DNA of 64,000 nucleotides from NCBI GenBank assembly GCA_019456305.1, contig VRUD01000013.1:1594-65593 (forward strand), read 5' to 3'. Of this stretch, positions 7,268 through 15,574 are shown piece after piece. The notes under the pieces are model-generated. The model had not been told where the DNA came from, did no database searches, and saw only the letters and a program-made list of their open reading frames with translations. Position 1 is the first letter of the stretch, and every line of letters begins with the position of its first letter. The DNA comes from Cytophagales bacterium. Its GTDB lineage: Bacteria; Bacteroidota; Bacteroidia; Cytophagales; VRUD01. The translations under genes and the position numbers were made by a program.

Positions 7268-9634
7268 ATGAAAACTTCAACATCTAATTCCGACCTGTCT
7301 GCTCCCGATGGTATCGGGACAGGCGAACAGGCAGGAAAAAATTTCTTCTCCTTTCCGGAATTGTCAGGAGTAAAGAAATTAGCAGCAGCCGTAGTAATTC
7401 TTTTATGCGGACTGACTATCAGCTATAAAGCAAATGCACAATGTTTTGCAGGCTTTTACTATTTTATAGATACTGCTACCAATACTGTCTCGTTTCTTGA
7501 TACGTCATATTCTCCTGTAGCGCTAATAAACAGTTGGTATTGGGATTTTGGAGATGGCTTCGTTGATAGTATTCAAAACCCTACGCATATTTATGCTGTT
7601 GCCGATACTTACTACGTATGTCAAACCATCTGGGATGATAGCGCTTGTACAAATACTTTGTGTATATGGGTAATAACAGGAGCAGGTAGTGTTTGCACTA
7701 ATCCTCCTGCTGCTGGTTTTACTTACAGCGCTTCCAACCTAACGGTAAATTTCACTGATCTTTCTACACCGGCAGTATGTATTACAAGCTGGTTATGGGA
7801 TTTTGGGGATGGCAATACAGATACCATCCAAAACCCATCTCATACCTATGCAGCAGTCGGAACGTATAATGTTTGTTTAATCATTTCAACCTTTGCGGGA
7901 ATTGACACGTTATGTTATTCGAATGTAACAGTAGTCGGTGGTAGTGGTTGTTCTGCAGGCTTCAGCTATTCGGTAGATTCTACCAATACTGCCTGGTTCA
8001 CTGATACATCATCCGGAACTGGCGGAGTAATTGCCTGGTATTGGGATTTTGGTGATGGCAGCGCTGACTCTCTTCAACAAAATCCGTCACATACTTATGC
8101 TGTTGCTGATACTTACTGGGTATGCCTAACCATCTGGGACAGCAGCAACTGTACAAATATCTGGTGTACCACTGTAATAACAACCATTATTAATTGCAAT
8201 AATCCTCCTGTTGCTAATTTTACTTACACCATTCCAAGTCCGTATACAGCAAATTTTTTTGATGCCTCAACACCCGTAGCATGCATTACAAGCTGGTCAT
8301 GGGATTTTGGTGACGGCAATACAGAGACCATCCAAAACCCATCACATACCTATGCTGTAAACGGTAGTTATATCGTTTGTTTAATCACTTCAACCATCGG
8401 AGGAAGTGACACTGTATGTATGAGTGTAACAGTGGTTGGTACTTGTTTTGCAGCCTTCAGCTATTGGGTAGATTCTACCAATACTGCCTGGTTTACTGAT
8501 TCGTCATATACTTGGACGATGCCACCGCAGGTATGGAGTTGGGCCTGGGATTTTGGAGATGGAGATACTTCTGCCTTACAGAATCCTACACACTTTTATG
8601 CTGTTGCTGATACTTACTGGGTATGCTTAACAATCCTGGTGGATAGTGCTTGTACAGATACGTGGTGCACGATGGTACTAGCCAATGGTGTACCTTGTCA
8701 ACGTACCATATCAGGCCAGGTATCAGACAGCGCAGGCGCAATCATTAGCGGAACAGTTGATCTTATAAATTATAGTCCTGTTCCCGGACAAATGACGATA
8801 GCTGCCACTACCGTACTTGATAGTTTATTACCAGGATATTATACCTTTACAAATGTATCTCAGGGGCAATACCTTATAAGAGCGGAAGGTGACAGCTTAT
8901 TGTATCCTAATACTGTTCTAACTTATTATGACAGCACCAACCACTGGCAAAATGCAACAACCGTGGATGCATCATCAGTGTGTGATACCACCATCATTGC
9001 TAATATCCAACTTGTAGAATTTCCTACTAATATTGGCCCGGCCAAAATAAGCGGGCAGATAACATCATCAGGCCCGTTTAAAGACGGTAAAAACCCTATC
9101 GACCCGGTGCCAGGTATTGATATAGTAGTTGAAGAAATTGCCACAGACAAACTAATAGCTGGTACGACTACTGATGGTTTGGGATTTTATTATTTTGAGA
9201 ATATACCCCTCGGAGATTATAGACTCTATGTGGATATTACCGGACTTCCGATGGATTCAACTTATTATTTCAGCGTAACCAATGCTGATACACTATTTAC
9301 AAACCTTGATTTTTTTGTAGATTCTGTATCTATTACCCTTACTCCATTAACATCTGTTCAGGAAAATCTGAATGATCACACTATAAAAATTTATCCGAAT
9401 CCATATAAAGATTTTACCAACATTGAGTTTACACTGAAAGAAACAAGCAGTGTTTCCCTTGAGGTATATAATATCTTAGGAGCTAAAATAAATACGATTG
9501 AAAACAGTAAAAAGCAACCCGGACATCACAACTATAAATTCAGTGTCAAAGATCTGGGATATCCTGCGGGACTATATCTTATTAAATTAAATATTGATCT
9601 TAACAGCTATTCATTAAGGATTTTAGAGTTTTAA
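7268..9634 (+). CDS. secreted PKD-repeat protein with a T9SS type A C-terminal sorting domain
   Basis: There are five WDFGDG...QNP(S/T)H(T/I/F)YA PKD-like modules. A CarboxypepD_reg-like region follows, and the C-terminus (IYPNPYKDFTNIEF...GLYLIKL) is typical of Por_Secre_tail. Confidence 0.8.
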   Translation: MKTSTSNSDLSAPDGIGTGEQAGKNFFSFPELSGVKKLAAAVVILLCGLTISYKANAQCFAGFYYFIDTATNTVSFLDTSYSPVALINSWYWDFGDGFVDSIQNPTHIYAVADTYYVCQTIWDDSACTNTLCIWVITGAGSVCTNPPAAGFTYSASNLTVNFTDLSTPAVCITSWLWDFGDGNTDTIQNPSHTYAAVGTYNVCLIISTFAGIDTLCYSNVTVVGGSGCSAGFSYSVDSTNTAWFTDTSSGTGGVIAWYWDFGDGSADSLQQNPSHTYAVADTYWVCLTIWDSSNCTNIWCTTVITTIINCNNPPVANFTYTIPSPYTANFFDASTPVACITSWSWDFGDGNTETIQNPSHTYAVNGSYIVCLITSTIGGSDTVCMSVTVVGTCFAAFSYWVDSTNTAWFTDSSYTWTMPPQVWSWAWDFGDGDTSALQNPTHFYAVADTYWVCLTILVDSACTDTWCTMVLANGVPCQRTISGQVSDSAGAIISGTVDLINYSPVPGQMTIAATTVLDSLLPGYYTFTNVSQGQYLIRAEGDSLLYPNTVLTYYDSTNHWQNATTVDASSVCDTTIIANIQLVEFPTNIGPAKISGQITSSGPFKDGKNPIDPVPGIDIVVEEIATDKLIAGTTTDGLGFYYFENIPLGDYRLYVDITGLPMDSTYYFSVTNADTLFTNLDFFVDSVSITLTPLTSVQENLNDHTIKIYPNPYKDFTNIEFTLKETSSVSLEVYNILGAKINTIENSKKQPGHHNYKFSVKDLGYPAGLYLIKLNIDLNSYSLRILEF

Positions 9635-9712
9635 TTGAAAACCTAATAGTTTTTTCTCTCTACTGTCTTAAACGATGATTTATTGTTTTTTTAATCTTTT
9701 TAAAAAACATCA

Positions 9713-10291
9713 GTGAATCGGGTGAAAAAAGAGATAATCATAATTGGAGGCGCTAATGGTTCTGGGAAGACTACTTTTGCGAAAACATTTATAAAAAAGT
9801 ATCCTTATGATTTTATTAATGCTGACGAAATTGCAAAGGAACTTAGTCCTGACGATTTAACAAAGAGTCAATTAGAAGCCGGTAAAATATTTTTTAAAAA
9901 GATTGATAAACTTATAAATAAAAATAAAAGTTTTATCGTTGAGTCAACATTATCTGGAAAATATTTATTAAGATTAATCCATAAGGTAAAAGAAAAGAGT
10001 TATTTAGTTAAGATTATTTATTTATTTTTACACGAACCAGAAGTTTGTATTAACCGTATAAAAGAGAGAGTTTTAAAGGGGGGACATTATGTACCTGATG
10101 AAGACGTAATAAGAAGGTATTATCGTAGTAAGAAGAATTTTTGGACTGTTTATAAACAATTAGCTGATAAGTGGTCTATAGTATATAATTCTGAAAAACA
10201 ATTTATTGAGATTGTGAAGGGTTCAAAAGATAATTATTCTATTAAGAATTTGCAATTATTCAAAACTTTTATTAACGATATAAAAAAATAA
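9713..10291 (+). CDS. zeta-toxin-like P-loop kinase/ATPase (COG4185-type)
   Basis: It has the Walker A motif GGANGSGKTTFAK and the size and layout of zeta-toxin-family proteins. The start is GTG. Confidence 0.7.
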   Translation: MNRVKKEIIIIGGANGSGKTTFAKTFIKKYPYDFINADEIAKELSPDDLTKSQLEAGKIFFKKIDKLINKNKSFIVESTLSGKYLLRLIHKVKEKSYLVKIIYLFLHEPEVCINRIKERVLKGGHYVPDEDVIRRYYRSKKNFWTVYKQLADKWSIVYNSEKQFIEIVKGSKDNYSIKNLQLFKTFINDIKK

Positions 10292-10295
10292 CATT

Positions 10296-10520
10296 ATGGA
10301 AGTAAAAAAATTTGATGATATTGAGCTTTATCAGTGGGCTGATGAAATCCAAAAAATTGGAAATGAAGCCGTAAATCAAGTATTAAAAGAAAACAGAGAA
10401 AAAGGTATTCCAATAGTATTTTCAGAGAACGGCATTATTTATTACGAACTACCTGGTGGAGAAATAACTACTGTTAGTCCCTTTACTGGAAATGATGATA
10501 AAGGTGAAAAATCTAAATAA
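10296..10520 (+). CDS. 74-aa protein, possible cognate partner of the zeta-like ATPase
   Basis: It starts 4 nt after the ATPase stop, which suggests an operon. No family is recognised. Confidence 0.45.
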   Translation: MEVKKFDDIELYQWADEIQKIGNEAVNQVLKENREKGIPIVFSENGIIYYELPGGEITTVSPFTGNDDKGEKSK

Positions 10521-10619
10521 TAATTTCACGAATCACATAATTAATCTACATCGTTATTAAAATAATTTTCTATTAAATCCTTACACCAAAATTTTTGGTG
10601 TAGATAAACGCTTTTTATT

Positions 10620-10976
10620 ATGAAACCTATGACACCAAAAGAAGTAAGAGAAGGTGCAATCATGACCTTAGACAAAGGGGAAAACATTGTTGGAATGTGG
10701 GCGTCACCACCTATTCCTCAAACCGGTTTCTATAAGCTGCTGGCAAAACAAAAAAAAGACGGCACTATTGAATGGGCTCATTTAGTACAAAGGGCTGATG
10801 GGTCTAAAGAACTAATGTTTCGGGGAACGGCTAAATCAAAAAAAGAGCTCAACAAAGTGGTGGATTTAGCCAGCGCCCAACTTAGCAGGATTTTTGGCCC
10901 ATCTATAAAATTAAAAGCCGCTAAAGCCGATTTTTATTCTTTGGAAGGCCAGAAATTTGATGATACGGTGAATTAA
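10620..10976 (+). CDS. hypothetical protein (118 aa)
   Basis: The ORF is clean, but no motif is recognised. Confidence 0.4.
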   Translation: MKPMTPKEVREGAIMTLDKGENIVGMWASPPIPQTGFYKLLAKQKKDGTIEWAHLVQRADGSKELMFRGTAKSKKELNKVVDLASAQLSRIFGPSIKLKAAKADFYSLEGQKFDDTVN

Positions 10977-10977
10977 A

Positions 10978-11092
10978 GTACGATTTACGAAGTACGAATG
11001 ACGAATATCGGTTTCTTCATTCGTACTTCGTAAATCGTACTTCGTAAATCGTACTTCGTACTTCGTACTTCGTACTTCGTACTTCGTACTTA
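10978..11092. repeat. 24-bp perfect-stem hairpin plus a ttcgtac heptamer tract filling the whole intergenic gap
   Basis: gtacgatttacgaagtacgaatga (10978-11001) pairs with tcattcgtacttcgtaaatcgtac (11017-11040). Five tandem ttcgtac units follow at 11055-11089. It belongs to the same tacgaa/ttcgta family as 62226-62270. Confidence 0.8.
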
Positions 11093-11098
11093 CAAATA

Positions 11099-11965
11099 AT
11101 GTCAAGAAAAATAAAATCCGGATTGATCCAGATGAGCCTCCCTAAAACAGAAGGGGAAGGCACCATCGCAGAGATCAAGGAAGCAATGCTGGAAAAGCAT
11201 ATTCCCTATATTGAAGATGCAGGGAAACAGGGCGTACAGATCCTTTGCCTTCAGGAAATTTTCAATACACCCTATTTTTGTCCCGGACAAGATAAGGCCT
11301 GGTATGCATCTGCGGAGCCTATTCCGGGGCCAACTACCGAATTAATGCAATCTTATGCCAAAAAATATGATATGGCCATGGTGGTTCCGATCTATGAAAA
11401 GGAACAGGCAGGGTTTTTATATAATTCAGCGGCTATGATAGATGCTGATGGTAAGTATATGGGAAAATACCGCAAAAATCATATCCCGCATACCTCCGGC
11501 TTTTGGGAAAAATTCTTTTTTAAGCCTGGTAATCTTGGGTATCCTGTGTGGCAGACTAAATATGCCAAAGTGGGTATTTATATTTGCTACGATCGGCACT
11601 TCCCCGATGGAGCAAGGGTACTTGGATTGAATGGCGCTGAGATCGTTTATAATCCCTCTGCTACCGTTGCAGGACTATCGCAATATCTGTGGAAATTAGA
11701 ACAACCTGCACATGCCGTTGCCAATGGCTATTTTATGGGCTGTATTAACAGGGTAGGCACGGAGAAACCATGGAAATTAGGTAAGTTTTACGGCACTTCC
11801 TATTTTGTTGATCCTAAAGGCCAGATTATTGCCGAAGCATCCCAGGATAAAGATGAGCTCCTGGTTGCTGAGTTTGACCTGGATATGATAGAGGAGGTAA
11901 GATCAACCTGGCAGTTTTTCAGAGACCGCAGGCCGGAGACTTATGGGAAGCTGGTGGAGCTGTAA
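11099..11965 (+). CDS. carbon-nitrogen hydrolase, beta-ureidopropionase-like
   Basis: It has the nitrilase-superfamily layout with a catalytic Cys context (VGIYICYDRHFPD), an E...K...C triad pattern and a length of 288 aa. Confidence 0.8.
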   Translation: MSRKIKSGLIQMSLPKTEGEGTIAEIKEAMLEKHIPYIEDAGKQGVQILCLQEIFNTPYFCPGQDKAWYASAEPIPGPTTELMQSYAKKYDMAMVVPIYEKEQAGFLYNSAAMIDADGKYMGKYRKNHIPHTSGFWEKFFFKPGNLGYPVWQTKYAKVGIYICYDRHFPDGARVLGLNGAEIVYNPSATVAGLSQYLWKLEQPAHAVANGYFMGCINRVGTEKPWKLGKFYGTSYFVDPKGQIIAEASQDKDELLVAEFDLDMIEEVRSTWQFFRDRRPETYGKLVEL

Positions 11966-12095
11966 GTTAGATGCTGGATACCTCTTAATCGTACCATAGT
12001 GGAATTGAAAAAGTCTACTATTTAAATCCATATCGAGAAACATATTATAATAAAAAAAACGGTATGGTTTATTATCAATCACCAAACGGTACTCA

Positions 12096-12623
12096 ATGGA
12101 TACTTATACTTTAAAAATTATAATATTTATTTTGATTATTAGTACTCTAAAACTTTCTGCTCAAAATGATACCTTATCAGATAGTGAAAGTGTACTTAAA
12201 GATAGCTCCATAATAGATAATATTAATATTCTAAAGATAAACTATTTTGATTTAGGTAAAAGGGATGCTAAAATACATTATAAAAAATTTACTCCATATT
12301 GTATTGGAGCTATATCTGGATGCGCTTTACCATTCGGTTTGTGGAATATTTTAAGTGGAGGAGCTTGGAGTCAAATCTATTTTCTATATATTACACCTGT
12401 TACTATTATTACGCAAGCTATTCCTTCTAAATTAAATAATCCTATTAATCCTTACAATCAATTATTTAAAAATAATGAGGAATATTATAAGGGTTATAAG
12501 AGAGGTGTATATAATATAAAAAGTCGTAAGTTTATTATAGGATTTGGATATGGGTTAATTATAGCAGTTGAAACTATAGGTATGATTATGCTGCTTGACT
12601 ATTTGGCAAATTCAGGTGGTTAA
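12096..12623 (+). CDS. hypothetical membrane protein (175 aa)
   Basis: It has a signal-like N-terminus and hydrophobic C-terminal segments. It is very AT-rich. Confidence 0.45.
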   Translation: MDTYTLKIIIFILIISTLKLSAQNDTLSDSESVLKDSSIIDNINILKINYFDLGKRDAKIHYKKFTPYCIGAISGCALPFGLWNILSGGAWSQIYFLYITPVTIITQAIPSKLNNPINPYNQLFKNNEEYYKGYKRGVYNIKSRKFIIGFGYGLIIAVETIGMIMLLDYLANSGG

Positions 12624-12692
12624 ATTTTTTAACATCCTTATAAACTTAAATCAATAAATAAAGATAAATAAACTCCTTAATATTATTACAAG

Positions 12693-13418
12693 ATGAAAAA
12701 TGTAAAAACTATCTTAAACCAATTAATCTTCCTTAGTCTTTTGCAATTATCATTACCTTATTCCAAGTGCCCGGGACAATCAGTCAAAGGTAATGGGAAT
12801 ATAATAAAGCAAGAGCGAAAAGTTCCTGCTTTTAACGTGATTGAAATTCATGACGCATTTGAGGTATATTTATCACAAGGATATAAGGAAATCGTGACGA
12901 TTGTGACAGATGAGAATCTACTCGAAATAGTTGTAACAGAAGTAAGAGACAACATACTGGTGATTTCAAATAAGCAAAAAATAATAAGATCAAAAAGCAC
13001 TAAACTATACATTACATTCAAAGAGTTAAATAAAATAGATATTTTAGGTGCAGTTACCTTAAACGGAGGTTCTAAATTTAAATTTGATATTTTAAAACTC
13101 ATGGTAACCGGAGCCGCTACAATAAATTTAGACCTGGTTGCCAATAAGCTGGTATCAGACTTGATAGGAGGGACTGAAATCAAACTAAGTGGAAATGTCT
13201 CAATAGTAAATATGAATATTTCAGGCGCTGCAAATTTATCCGCTTTTGACCTTATTACAGATAATTTTAAAATCTATATTTCCGGAGCAGGTAATGCTAA
13301 GATAAATGTAAATAAACAGTTAGACGTATCAATTTCCGGGGCAGGCAATGTTAAATACAAGGGTAATCCTTCGATCAAAAAAAATATTTCAGGAGTAGGT
13401 ACAATACAAAAGCTGTAA
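12693..13418 (+). CDS. DUF2807 / head GIN domain protein (putative beta-helical surface protein)
   Basis: It has a signal peptide and repeated ISGAGN / GAANL beta-helix rungs, and ends with VKYKGNPSIKKNISGVGTI. Confidence 0.7.
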   Translation: MKNVKTILNQLIFLSLLQLSLPYSKCPGQSVKGNGNIIKQERKVPAFNVIEIHDAFEVYLSQGYKEIVTIVTDENLLEIVVTEVRDNILVISNKQKIIRSKSTKLYITFKELNKIDILGAVTLNGGSKFKFDILKLMVTGAATINLDLVANKLVSDLIGGTEIKLSGNVSIVNMNISGAANLSAFDLITDNFKIYISGAGNAKINVNKQLDVSISGAGNVKYKGNPSIKKNISGVGTIQKL

Positions 13419-13446
13419 TTGATGATTAATAAGTTTATTTAAATCT

Positions 13447-14778
13447 ATGGCAGAATTCCAAAAACCACAATCAGAAAAAGAATTTGATAAAAATTTCGCC
13501 CAGATAAAGCCGGTGATGAACGAAACAGAGGCTTATTACGAAAGCTCAAGGTGTTTGTTCTGCTATGATGCTCCTTGTGTTGCTGCCTGCCCTACAGGAA
13601 TAAACATCCCTCTCTTTATCAGGCAGATCAGTTCAGGAAATCCGATAGGCGCTGCACAAACCATTTACGATTCAAATTATTTTGGATTTGCATGCGGGAA
13701 GGTTTGTCCAACCGAGGTTTTGTGTGAAGGATCGTGTGTTTATAATGAACAGGATATAAAGCCTATTGAAATAGGACGATTGCAGAGTTACGCTACAAAT
13801 GATGCTATAAAGAAAAATAAAAAACTGTTTATTCCCCCGCCAGATAACGGCAAAAAAGTAGCGATCATAGGTGCCGGGCCTGGTGGAATATCCTGTGCCG
13901 CAGAGTTGCGAATGCTCGGCTGCCAGGTAAACATATACGAATCAAAAGAAAAGCCATCAGGGCTGACCGTTTATGGTGTTGCGCCTTACAAAATCACAAA
14001 TGAAGAAGCGCTGAAAGAAATGGAATACCTGGAAGAGCAATTTGGTTATAAAGTAAAGTATAATCATCCAATTAAAGACAAAAAGCAGTTAGAGGAATTA
14101 GAGCAAAATTATGACGCCATCTTTATCGGGATAGGTTTGGGGGAAACTTCAAGCATAGAACTGCCGGGCGAAAACCTTGAAAATTGCATTGGTGCAGTCG
14201 AATTCATTGAAAAGCTGCGAATGGAGCATCATAAAGTTAAAGCAGGCAAAAAGGTGATCGTATTAGGTGGTGGCAATACTTCCATGGATGCCGCATCGGA
14301 ATCATGTAGAATGGGAGCAGAACAGGTAATACTGGCATATCGCAGGTCAAAGAAAGAAATGCCTGCCTATGAGTTTGAATATGATCTGGCAAAATCTGTG
14401 GGGATAAAAAGCTTATTCAACGCAGCACCGGTTGAGATCATTGGTAATGAAGTAGCAGAAGGAGTGAAATTTATCAGGACAGATTCAAAGAACGGCAAAT
14501 TAGAAACAATTCCCGGAAGTGAATTTGTGGAGGCATGTGATATGGTGATCAAAGCAACAGGCCAATCAAAGCAGGTAGAACTTTTGAGCCTGATCCCCGG
14601 TTTGAAATTAGATAAAGGTAAAATAATAGTAAATAAAGAAAACTACCAGACAGGAAACCCAAAATATTTTGCTGCCGGTGATTGTGTGAATGGCGGCAAG
14701 GAAGTGGTCAATGCCGTGGCGGAGGCGAAGGTTGCTGCGAATGGGATTCACAGGTATTTTAAATCTAACAACAGATAA
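13447..14778 (+). CDS. NAD(P)-dependent oxidoreductase, PreT / glutamate synthase small-subunit family
   Basis: It has N-terminal Fe-S Cys clusters (CLFCYDAPCVAACP, CGKVCPTEVLCEGSC), a dinucleotide fold (AIIGAGPGGISCA) and a second GG motif (VLGGGNTSMD). Confidence 0.8.
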   Translation: MAEFQKPQSEKEFDKNFAQIKPVMNETEAYYESSRCLFCYDAPCVAACPTGINIPLFIRQISSGNPIGAAQTIYDSNYFGFACGKVCPTEVLCEGSCVYNEQDIKPIEIGRLQSYATNDAIKKNKKLFIPPPDNGKKVAIIGAGPGGISCAAELRMLGCQVNIYESKEKPSGLTVYGVAPYKITNEEALKEMEYLEEQFGYKVKYNHPIKDKKQLEELEQNYDAIFIGIGLGETSSIELPGENLENCIGAVEFIEKLRMEHHKVKAGKKVIVLGGGNTSMDAASESCRMGAEQVILAYRRSKKEMPAYEFEYDLAKSVGIKSLFNAAPVEIIGNEVAEGVKFIRTDSKNGKLETIPGSEFVEACDMVIKATGQSKQVELLSLIPGLKLDKGKIIVNKENYQTGNPKYFAAGDCVNGGKEVVNAVAEAKVAANGIHRYFKSNNR

Positions 14779-14784
14779 CGTGTT

Positions 14785-14826
14785 GTCGGGTGTTTCCACC
14801 CGACACCCCTGTCGAGTAGAAACACC
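14785..14826. repeat. compound stem-loop element just downstream of the PreT-like gene
   Basis: gtcgggtg/cacccgac forms an 8-bp stem with a 4-nt loop. An alternative pairing is ggtgtttc/gaaacacc. It may act as a terminator. Confidence 0.5.
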
Positions 14827-14975
14827 TGACAGCACTACAAGAAAAAAATCTTCTTAAGCTAAATTAAATCCCAAATATTTTCATCTTCCATTCATTCTAA
14901 CGTTGTTCCATTATTGCAAATTAAATGTGTTTTTCTTACTTTTGTGGATTGGATATCAAAAATAGATAATAATTT

Positions 14976-15203
14976 ATGAATGACCGGATTATAATAGACC
15001 CAGATATACAACATGGCAAACCTGTAATTAAGGGTACAAGAGTTCCTATTACACGTATTATTGGAGGGATTGCAGGAGGTATGACGAAAGAAGAAATAGT
15101 ACGTGAATACGAAGTCACGGAAGAGGATATTCGTGCTGCTCTGAAATATGCTTGTGAGCTTATTGAAGAAGAAGAATTTCACCCTCTTCCAACGATAGAA
15201 TAA
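14976..15203 (+). CDS. DUF433 protein (antitoxin-like)
   Basis: The pattern IIIDPDIQHGKPVIKGTRVPI...EEIVREY..TEEDIRAAL is the classic DUF433 signature. Confidence 0.7.
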   Translation: MNDRIIIDPDIQHGKPVIKGTRVPITRIIGGIAGGMTKEEIVREYEVTEEDIRAALKYACELIEEEEFHPLPTIE

Positions 15204-15207
15204 GGTT

Positions 15208-15570
15208 ATGCGATTTTTAATTGATGAGGATTTGCCACGTTCAACTTCAGATCTTTTGCAACGTTATGGACATCAAGCAACAGATGTGCGTGACATAGGT
15301 TTAAGAGGTGTAAAAGACACACAAATTGCTTCCTACGCTAAAAGTAAAGGCTTGTGCATACTAACAGGAGATTCTGATTTTGGGGATATACGTAATTATC
15401 AACCGTCTCAATATAATGGAATTGTCGTTTTAGGTATTCCTAGAGATTCAACAGCTATGTTTATTCTCAATCTATTAGAAGGATTGCTTAAACAAGATAA
15501 GGTGGTTACGGAAATGGGTGGCAAATTATTAATCGTTGAACCTGGGCGTATTAGAGTAAGAAAAAAATAG
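15208..15570 (+). CDS. DUF5615 / Mut7-C-type PIN-like protein (toxin-like)
   Basis: It has the motifs MRFLIDEDLP and ILTGDSDFGDI. It starts 4 nt after the DUF433 stop. Confidence 0.7.
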   Translation: MRFLIDEDLPRSTSDLLQRYGHQATDVRDIGLRGVKDTQIASYAKSKGLCILTGDSDFGDIRNYQPSQYNGIVVLGIPRDSTAMFILNLLEGLLKQDKVVTEMGGKLLIVEPGRIRVRKK

Positions 15571-15574
15571 TTTA

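Noticed and set aside
11055-11089. Possible CRISPR-like or phase-variation tract (five ttcgtac units)
   Set aside because: It is a simple 7-nt tandem tract attached to a hairpin of the same repeat family. It is intergenic, and I can show no link to a promoter spacer or coding frame.
14785-14826. Riboswitch or attenuator downstream of the PreT-like gene
   Set aside because: It lies at a gene 3' end, not in a 5' leader. It is short and resembles the other repeat-type hairpins, so I consider a terminator or REP-like role more likely.
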